The notes below the pieces were generated by a model. The model was not told where the DNA came from. It saw only the letters and a program-made list of their open reading frames with translations, and searched no databases. Below are positions 11,700-18,383 of a stretch of DNA of 32,000 nucleotides, piece by piece. The first letter of the stretch is position 1, and each line of letters starts with the position of its first letter. The DNA is taken from the NCBI RefSeq assembly GCF_001997385.1, contig NZ_CP019633.1:1710001-1742000 (forward strand). Reading direction: 5' to 3'. This DNA is from Sedimentisphaera cyanobacteriorum (GTDB lineage Bacteria; Planctomycetota; Phycisphaerae; Sedimentisphaerales; Sedimentisphaeraceae). The translations under genes and the position numbers were made by a program.

Positions 11700-12914
11700 T
11701 TAATTTACTCCCTCAGAATAAAGTGTAAACTTCCCGCCGCTGTTTTCAGCCATCCGCCTGAGCATAGCAGCGTCTTTACTGTTAGTTCTAAAACCGATTG
11801 TATGTATCTTCACAGCCGGCGCAAATTCTTTCCTGTACCGCTCAACTTCCATCGAGAAGCCTGCATAATCGAATCCGTCTGTAAGGAAATATATCACTCC
11901 GGCATGATCGCCGATGCTGTCTTTGTATTCAATTGCCTTCTTAATGGCCTCCATTGCATCGGGTCCGCCCATTGGCATAGGAACCGATTTCACCATCTCA
12001 AGGCCTGTCTTCTTGCCTGCATCGCTCGCCCTTATGAGCTTTTTCTGCTCGAGCTCCAGTATATCCGAGCCTCGGAACACTATAACCGCAAAGAAATTAT
12101 CCTGCTTGAGGTTTGTTATTGCTTCATTGAGCTTCTGCTTCACTTCTCCAAAGAATCCGAGCATACTCCCTGAGCAGTCAACCACGAAGCAAACCTTCCT
12201 AGCGCTTGCAACGTTTCCAAAAAATTCAATCCTGTTGGACTTTGTTGCAGGGCGTTCTTCGGTGGCCTGCGGGACTCCTGCAATCTGTCCGCTGAGCCTC
12301 GGGCCTGAAACGCGGTATGTGCCCTGTTTTCTGAGCCCGCCGCCGGCTTCTCCTCCGCCGCCGCCTTCGCCTGCGCCTTCAGAAGAGCCTTCTCCGCCTC
12401 CTTCTCCACCTCCTTCACCGCCTTGGCCGCTGCCTTGGCCTTCTTGCCCCTGCCCAGCGCCGCTTTCCGAGCCGCCTTGGCCAGTTCCAGCGCCTTCTCC
12501 GCCTCCTGCACCGCTTGCGCCGCCTTGTCCTCCTGCACCTCCGCCCGGGCCGCCTTCGCCGCCCGCACCTTCAGGGCTGCCCCCTGAAATACCGAGAACT
12601 GAGCTGAGGCTGCCAGCTCCGGAAAGGCTTGCAACGCCCTCAGAACGCATATTTACATCAACATCAAACCGGCCTGCCCCGAAACCTGCGCTGCTGTAGC
12701 CGGAACGCTTTACTGAAGGAGTATCAACGATAAAATCCCCCGAGCTGAAAAAATCCAGCTCACGAACTGCAACAACAGCAGGGTTGTTCAAAAGCTCCTT
12801 GAATCCGCCTCTGGAGAACTGTATCAGGGCGAATGTACCCAGAAGCACAACGTGCACGAGCACCGTGAGACCAAGGGCAATATAATCTATTTTTTTCTGT
12901 TCAATTACCATCAA
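11700..12914 (-). CDS. Membrane-anchored von Willebrand factor A (vWA) domain protein with a long Gly/Glu/Ser/Ala low-complexity spacer
   Basis: N-terminal TM helix IDYIALGLTVLVHVVLLGTFALIQF, a G/E-rich spacer of roughly 100 aa, and a C-terminal vWA fold with MIDAS residues (VCFVVDCSGSM ... YFLTDGFD). The stop is 1 nt from the exbB start. Confidence 0.8.
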   Translation of the reverse strand: MMVIEQKKIDYIALGLTVLVHVVLLGTFALIQFSRGGFKELLNNPAVVAVRELDFFSSGDFIVDTPSVKRSGYSSAGFGAGRFDVDVNMRSEGVASLSGAGSLSSVLGISGGSPEGAGGEGGPGGGAGGQGGASGAGGGEGAGTGQGGSESGAGQGQEGQGSGQGGEGGGEGGGEGSSEGAGEGGGGGEAGGGLRKQGTYRVSGPRLSGQIAGVPQATEERPATKSNRIEFFGNVASARKVCFVVDCSGSMLGFFGEVKQKLNEAITNLKQDNFFAVIVFRGSDILELEQKKLIRASDAGKKTGLEMVKSVPMPMGGPDAMEAIKKAIEYKDSIGDHAGVIYFLTDGFDYAGFSMEVERYRKEFAPAVKIHTIGFRTNSKDAAMLRRMAENSGGKFTLYSEGVN

Positions 12915-13044
12915 GTAAAAAATATCTGCATAATTTTATTAGAGCGACAGATTATAATCCCCGTAAAAGTTATTGAAATAAAAAAAAATCATTAGAATTC
13001 GGTTTCAACTCTGCATTTTAAAAGCAGCAGGATTTTAGAGCAAA

Positions 13045-14292
13045 TCAGTTTATAATCTGAACATGCGATTTGCCCAGCATCATAAGGTCGTAAACCTCCA
13101 CAACATCCTCGTTGCTCAGCCTTATGCAGCCTCGGCTGCTTTTCTGGCCTATGCTCTCGGGCTCGCTGGTTCCGTGAATAGCAAAGCCTGTCCTGCCCTT
13201 TGCATCACCGGAGATGCCCTTAATAGCTATCCACCTCTTGCCGAGAGGATAGTCCGGATCCATTGCGTCATAAGTTCTGCCGGAATCCGGGTCCGTCCAA
13301 GTTGGCGAAACCATCTTCCCCCCGGGTTTTACAACCCACATACCTGTGGGGGTGGCATGCTCTTCTCTGCCTATACCTATCGGATAGGATTTTACGTAAA
13401 GATTGTCAAGGTATAGATCCATATTGTAGGTGCTTTTATTCACGATCAGGTTGAAAGGCCCTTTAACCACCTTGATATCTTCGCCGGCACGGAGCTGTTC
13501 TGGCCTGAGCATATCGTTTATCTTCAGCAGAAATTCCCAAGGAACATTATACTCATCGCCTATTCGGCTAAGCATATCGCCTCTCTGAACAGTATAATAA
13601 TGGCAGTGCGGATCGCCTTTTAAAACATCCTCGCTGAAAAGCCATCTCTCAGAGAGCTTCTCGAGCATATCCTTCAGCGCCCTTCTCTGGAGTGAATCAG
13701 GATACCTGCTGAGGGTGTTGTTTAGCATATCCCTCGCCTTGATAACCTCACCTGAACGAACAAGCGAACGGGCATTTGAGATCTTGCCGCTGATAACATC
13801 TGATTCATCCGTATAACCTTCTGAATCCTCCGAATCTGAAGCATCATCTTCTCCTATAGTATCGCTGTAGGCCGAATCTTGCTCTTCTCCTTCATCTGTA
13901 TCAGCAGGGGTTTGCTCAGTATCATCTTGGTCTGCATAGCCGGCCTCTTCGCCTTCAGTTAAAGGCATTTCACGCTCGGCGCGGGTTTGCTCTTCCGCCT
14001 CACCTACAAGATAACGCGGGGCCTCGCCTGACTGTTCGGTGTCCGCCTCATTTTCTGCTGGCTCCTGAGAGGATGACTGCTGCTCGGTCTGGCTTGCAGT
14101 CTCAGCTGAAGCTGCCTGTTCTTCCGATAAAGCTGTTTGAGAAGATTCTGGAAGCTCAGTTTCCTCCGCCTTGTTGAGAGCCTTAAAAGCAAAGAATATC
14201 CCCGCCGCAATGATAGCACCTATAACCGCAAAAATAAATGTGTTCTTTTTCTTCTGCCTTGAACTGTAAGGCACATAGCCCTTCCTTGCCAT
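13045..14292 (-). CDS. L,D-transpeptidase (YkuD domain) with LysM domain, N-terminal membrane anchor and acidic low-complexity region
   Basis: LysM: YYTVQRGDMLSRIGDEYNVPWEFLLKINDM...LRAGEDIKV. YkuD catalytic motif: FAIHGTSEPESIGQKSSRGCIRLSNEDV. TM: FIFAVIGAIIAAGIFFAF. The ATG at 14292, preceded by AAGGA, is preferred over the TTG at 14298. Confidence 0.85.
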   Translation of the reverse strand: MARKGYVPYSSRQKKKNTFIFAVIGAIIAAGIFFAFKALNKAEETELPESSQTALSEEQAASAETASQTEQQSSSQEPAENEADTEQSGEAPRYLVGEAEEQTRAEREMPLTEGEEAGYADQDDTEQTPADTDEGEEQDSAYSDTIGEDDASDSEDSEGYTDESDVISGKISNARSLVRSGEVIKARDMLNNTLSRYPDSLQRRALKDMLEKLSERWLFSEDVLKGDPHCHYYTVQRGDMLSRIGDEYNVPWEFLLKINDMLRPEQLRAGEDIKVVKGPFNLIVNKSTYNMDLYLDNLYVKSYPIGIGREEHATPTGMWVVKPGGKMVSPTWTDPDSGRTYDAMDPDYPLGKRWIAIKGISGDAKGRTGFAIHGTSEPESIGQKSSRGCIRLSNEDVVEVYDLMMLGKSHVQIIN

Positions 14293-14307
14293 TGTCAATC
14301 CTTTGTC

Positions 14308-14892
14308 TTATGGACGTGTTAATATTCTCTTTTCTGTTATTATAGTGTCCGCCGAAATATCTCTATCCCCGGAAGCTGCCTGCTCCACAATTTGAACCTC
14401 AAAGCAGACCCCGCAAAGATGCCCCCGAACATTATCGGAGCTTAGGAAGCGGTCGTAGTAGCCCCCGCCTTTACCCAGCCTTCCGCCCTGAACATCGAAG
14501 CCGAGCCCTGGCAGTATAATCAAATCAAGCCTCTCCGGCGAAACCTCAGCACCGTCTTGCGGCACTCTTATTCCAAATTTATCTTTTTTAATGCAGTTTT
14601 CAAGCGAATTAAGCCGAACAGCCCGCATTTTTCCCTTCTCCTCTTGAACTTCCGGCACTGCTGCGGCTTTTCCCTGCTTCAGGGCGCTGGCGAGCAGGTA
14701 GTCCAGATTTACCTCATGGCCGTAAGCTAGATACCCCATTACCGCACCTGCCTGTATATAAACCTCAAGCTGCTCAATCCTCTTGCATATCTCAAGCGAT
14801 TTGGCCTGTATATTTTCAGGGCTAAGGCGGGATAAAGCTGCTTTAAGCTCAGACCTCTGAGCGGACTTTCTATTTTTTAGCTCTATATCCAA
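14308..14892 (-). CDS. ygfA: 5-formyltetrahydrofolate cyclo-ligase (MTHFS)
   Basis: Signature ILPGLGFDVQGGRLGKGGGYYDRFL. The start is an apparent TTG, with no early in-frame ATG. Confidence 0.8.
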   Translation of the reverse strand: MDIELKNRKSAQRSELKAALSRLSPENIQAKSLEICKRIEQLEVYIQAGAVMGYLAYGHEVNLDYLLASALKQGKAAAVPEVQEEKGKMRAVRLNSLENCIKKDKFGIRVPQDGAEVSPERLDLIILPGLGFDVQGGRLGKGGGYYDRFLSSDNVRGHLCGVCFEVQIVEQAASGDRDISADTIITEKRILTRP

Positions 14893-15204
14893 AATTCTAA
14901 AGATCTCTGCCTTGTGTATTTAAGTATTACCCTTCGAGCATATTCTAACCTCAGCAGAATAAATATAAATCAGAAAATCCGCAAAAAGCTTAGCAGTGTG
15001 CGACAATATTTTTTGGCAAAATGCAAATCATCAGGCTGCAATGCTTTGCAGAATTTATTATCTATTTACTGAGCCAGTCCGCCTGCGGCGGAAAACTCGC
15101 TAAGGATTTTTTGCCTGAAGGTTTTGTTGGCGAGCATGGGCGAACCTGCGCAAACGCCCGCCTGCGCAGAGTGAAAATTCTGCGAAAAAAACTTATGCAC
15201 TATT

Positions 15205-15437
15205 GATTTTGAACTGCTGGGGATTGGATTAAACCACTAAGCGCTCCAAGGGCGCGAAGAATTTTTTTAAGATATTTTATAACAATGCTTTACGTTCATA
15301 AAATTATCTGTAAAATCTGCGTCATCTGTGGATAATAAACTTCGATGCGACATAAATCTGCGAGATCGTTTACCTGCCAAACTTCTTTAATTAAATCAAA
15401 ACCATATCCCCTTCGTGTGTTTCGCGGGTTTCGTGGT
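15205..15437 (+). repeat. Copy A of a non-coding repeat family of about 200 bp with inverted-repeat ends
   Basis: Aligns to 16385-16562 (same strand) and to the reverse complement of 21172-21379. In the core, 15296-15340 (45 nt) matches the reverse complement of copy C with 5 mismatches. The ends carry inverted CACGAAGG-type motifs. Confidence 0.7.
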
Positions 15438-15614
15438 AAAACAAAAACAAATTAGCGAAATCAACATCATCTCTGGACAAGAAAATCTACTAAAAAAATT
15501 TAAAAAATAACCAAAAATACTGAATTTTAATTTGAATTCTGCGTTTTTATTTGGTAGATTAGGAAATAATAGTTTTTATAAAGTTTAGTGGAATTAAAGT
15601 TGGCAGGTGTGAAA

Positions 15615-16304
15615 ATGAAAAATTTACTGACTCCAACTGTACTGGTTGTTACCGCTTCGGTAAGTTTGGCGGCGTATAATCCTGTGTTTACAATCAATGC
15701 CGAGGCCTCAGAAACAGCATTAGGCTATTAGGAAGGCCAGTCTTACAGTTTCAGCTTTGTTGCTGACGGTTCAAGAACCGAACAAACGGAAGATGTATTC
15801 AGTCAAGCGCAAAACTTATGGAAAACAGAGCTCACCGCAGATGCCCCTGTGTTCCTTGATATTTACGGCTCAGGCGTTTCTGGAGAATATCAAACGCCGG
15901 ATTCGAATAATTCTGACCCATCTGACAGTTTGGATATTTATTTTACAGATCTTGGATTTGATAGCTTTACAGGATTCAATCTTACTGCAGCTGCAGATTC
16001 CAGCAATCTAAGCATCACTGCGCCAAACGATGATTATTTGAAATATGTCGAATTTACTGAAGATAATAGCAGCTTCGGCTTTGACTATTCCAGCCAGACC
16101 TACTTACCCCCCGAAGCGTATTTCTCGGATTATTTAGGGGAGTATGATTTCAGCGATTCTTACGGCAGCTATTTCGAAGTTGAAAATGTAAACGGGGAAT
16201 ATGCAGAATTTAGCGTAACTACTGTTACAATCACCCCCGAGCCGACGACGATGGCACTGATCGGGCTTGGCGGGCTATTTATCCGCCGCAAACGCAGGGC
16301 ATAA
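15615..16304 (+). pseudogene. PEP-CTERM-anchored secreted protein interrupted by one in-frame TAG
   Basis: The ATG at 15615 encodes a signal peptide, MKNLLTPTVLVVTASVSLAA. The same frame then hits TAG at 15729-15731 and stays open to 16304. It ends in a canonical PEP-CTERM sorting signal, TPEPTTMALIGLGGLFIRRKRRA. The track ORF 15849..16304 is the distal part of this frame. Confidence 0.7.
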
Positions 16305-16384
16305 GTACGAATAATCTTTTGCGGCTTAAAAATGGGGTGTTAGCACTGGTTCGTCCCTTCGCATTTCAATAATACCTTCAAGGT

Positions 16385-16562
16385 GATTGACAGGATTTTT
16401 GAGCTTGGGATTCGGTTTGAACCATGGAGGACACCAAGGGCACGAAGGGTCTTGTTGTAAGTTTCTTTATGACAATGCTTTACATTCATAAAACTGTCTG
16501 TGCTATCTGTGTCATCGTTTACCTGCTAAGCCAATCAATTCAGTTAAAACCACATCCCCTTC
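16385..16562 (+). repeat. Copy B of the repeat family, truncated at its right end
   Basis: Shares the left GAAGG-type motif block, the core (gacaatgctttacattcataaaactgtctgtgctatctgtg) and the cgtttacctgc and ttaaaaccacatccccttc modules with copy A. It breaks off inside the right inverted repeat. Confidence 0.65.
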
Positions 16563-16571
16563 AGGGTCTTT

Positions 16572-16616
16572 GAGCTTCTTTACACTGCAGCTGTACCTGT
16601 CGGCGTGTATGGGAAT
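16572..16616. repeat. 45-bp relic homologous to the 3' end of clpB; direct repeat of 18399-18443
   Basis: 38 of 45 positions are identical to 18399-18443. The reverse complement reads IPIHADRYSCSVKKL, against [15 protein letters not shown] at the genuine ClpB C-terminus. Confidence 0.65.
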
Positions 16617-16793
16617 TCAAGCAGAGCTCTGCAATATTCTTTCATAAATCGTTTCTCATAATCCTGCAGCTTATATTGCACATAATTGCGGAATTTTTAT
16701 CCTATTTTGCGTTTCAACTTTCGAGTAATTTGCTAATATTTAAGTTTGCATAAATGAAAAAGTAAAAATTTCACTCAAAACAAGGAGAATTCT

Positions 16794-18290
16794 ATGAACC
16801 GGCGTAACTTTTTAAGGTCTGTATGCATTGGGGCTTCAGCTTCGTTTCTCTCCGGCTGCGGAGGCTCTTTCCTCACTGAAAACAACCGCAAACCGAATGT
16901 GCTGCTGATAATAGCTGATGATCTTGGTTACGCAGATGTAAGCGCTTATGCTCATTCCTCCCCGGATGTGAACACCCCGAATATGGACAGATTAGCCCGG
17001 GACGGCGTTCGTTTTACGCAAGGATATGTTACCGGGCCTGCGTGCAGCCCTTCCCGCGCTGGATTGAATACTGGTCGATACCAGCAGAGATGGGGTATGT
17101 GGGGCTGGGCTAAGCCTCTGCCAAAAGATGAAAGGATGCTGGCGGAGTATCTCAAACAGGCTGGCTATAAGACGGGGAAATTCGGCAAAAGCGATTTCGG
17201 GCAGAATTATCACCGCACGGATGTTCGTGAATTTCCAATGAACCACGGATTTGACGAGTTTTTAGGATTTTCCGCACATGCCCACGATTATTTTCATTTG
17301 TCTGAGAAAATTGAAAAGGCCACACCCGATCCAAACGGAGCAAGCGCTTCATTAGGTACTTTATTCCATAATAATGCCAAAAAATCATTTGAAAAAGGCT
17401 ATACTACTGAAATCTTTACCGATTACGCTATAGACTTCATAAAACGCCAAAGAGAAAAACCGTTCTTTGCATGCGTATCTTACAATTCAGTGCATGCTCT
17501 GGTGCATCTTGTTCCCGAGCGTTATTTAGAGCGTTTCGGCGCGAAAAAGGTGCCTTTGTATGACCCTGAAAACGGAAAATATTACACTTATTACGACCGC
17601 TACGGCCACGGCAAGGCTGATGTTGATGATGAAACCTATCGCCGGTGGTGCCTTGCTAATACGGCATGTATGGATGATAATATCGGCCGCCTGCTTGACA
17701 CTCTTGAAAAGCTCAATCTTGAAGAAGACACTTTCGTTGTGTTTATGCCTGACAACGGCGGTGCACCAACAAGGGAGACAGGCTCTGTGAATCGGCCGTT
17801 AAAGAGTACGAAATACAGCCTGTTTGAAGGTGGTATTCGAATCCCGATAATAATGCGGTATCCCGCCGGGAAGGCAGCGAAGGGGAAAGTTTGCGAGAAT
17901 GTGGTATCAACGCTGGATATTCTGCCAACCTTTCTCGCCGCAGCGGGGCAGGAGAATATTCAGGGAAAACCGCTGGACGGAAAGAATCTTATGCCAATGC
18001 TCAAACGCCCCGAGAAAACTCAGAAACGCGGCCCGCTGTTTTGGCATTTCGGCGACCAATTTGCTGTTCGCGACGGCGACTGGAAGCTGGTTAAGGCAAG
18101 GCTGTTCACTAAAGATATTATTAGCGGAAGAAAACAGCCGCTCCCTGAGAAGCCGCAGCTGTTCAACTTGAAAAATGACATTGGCGAAACCAATGACTTA
18201 GCAGACAAAAACCCTGAAATAGTGAAAAAGCTGACAAAGGAATACGAAAACTGGAAAGCAGAAATGAGAGCCAGCATTAATCAGGGATAA
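16794..18290 (+). CDS. Sulfatase (arylsulfatase A family, Cys-type) with TAT-like signal and lipobox
   Basis: MNRRNFLRSVCIGASASFLSGCGG (RR motif plus LSGC lipobox), LLIIADDLGYAD, the formylglycine motif TGPACSPSRAGLNTGRY, and DNGG. Confidence 0.9.
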   Translation: MNRRNFLRSVCIGASASFLSGCGGSFLTENNRKPNVLLIIADDLGYADVSAYAHSSPDVNTPNMDRLARDGVRFTQGYVTGPACSPSRAGLNTGRYQQRWGMWGWAKPLPKDERMLAEYLKQAGYKTGKFGKSDFGQNYHRTDVREFPMNHGFDEFLGFSAHAHDYFHLSEKIEKATPDPNGASASLGTLFHNNAKKSFEKGYTTEIFTDYAIDFIKRQREKPFFACVSYNSVHALVHLVPERYLERFGAKKVPLYDPENGKYYTYYDRYGHGKADVDDETYRRWCLANTACMDDNIGRLLDTLEKLNLEEDTFVVFMPDNGGAPTRETGSVNRPLKSTKYSLFEGGIRIPIIMRYPAGKAAKGKVCENVVSTLDILPTFLAAAGQENIQGKPLDGKNLMPMLKRPEKTQKRGPLFWHFGDQFAVRDGDWKLVKARLFTKDIISGRKQPLPEKPQLFNLKNDIGETNDLADKNPEIVKKLTKEYENWKAEMRASINQG

Positions 18291-18351
18291 ATTCCCTTAA
18301 ACCCTCGCAAAGGCTTATGCTGGAAAAGAAATAATCAGCGGAAAGAAAGAA

Positions 18352-18373
18352 GGGGACGCAGCCTCGCGCCCCC
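18352..18373. terminator. Possible hairpin terminator between the convergent sulfatase and clpB genes
   Basis: GGGGACGC-agcctc-GCGCCCC forms a stem with one bulged A. It is followed by a T-rich run on the minus strand (ttctttctttcc) but has no T-run on the plus strand. Confidence 0.35.
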
Positions 18374-18383
18374 TAAATCTATA

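Noticed and set aside
12140-12634. A 164-aa minus-strand alternative-frame ORF with a histone-H1-like Ala/Lys-rich sequence (KAAKAAAKAVKEVEKEAEKALLKAQAKAAAEEK).
   Set aside because: It lies wholly inside the vWA gene in a different frame of the same low-complexity GC-rich repeat, where all frames stay open by composition. There is no independent start signal.
11914-12699. A 261-aa plus-strand ORF rich in proline (…PPPASPPPPPSPAPSEEPSPPPSPPPSPP…), which superficially resembles a TonB-like Pro-rich spacer.
   Set aside because: It is the antisense shadow of the Gly/Glu-rich spacer of the vWA gene, because GGN/GAR codons read as Pro/Ser on the other strand. It has no start context or flanking domains. 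The minus-strand frame has a TM helix and a complete vWA domain.
15021-15206. A 61-aa plus-strand ORF upstream of ygfA.
   Set aside because: It has no RBS. It overlaps the GC-rich hairpin region and runs into repeat copy A. It is more likely non-coding (see the small-RNA candidate finding).
15327-15335. Perfect DnaA boxes (also at 21214-21222), raising the possibility of a replication origin.
   Set aside because: There is only one consensus box per locus. There is no dnaA/dnaN, no AT-rich DUE with repeated 13-mers and no cluster of boxes. The boxes are explained by shared ancestry within the repeat element, so this is not called oriC.
16336-16350. TTAGCACTG, a near-match to a CIRCE half-site (TTAGCACTC), seen while searching for HrcA operators.
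   Set aside because: No inverted partner (GAGTGCTAA) lies 9 nt away, and the site is not upstream of a chaperone gene. I found no complete CIRCE upstream of groEL (10193-10409), dnaJ (6244-6393) or clpB (20985-21130).
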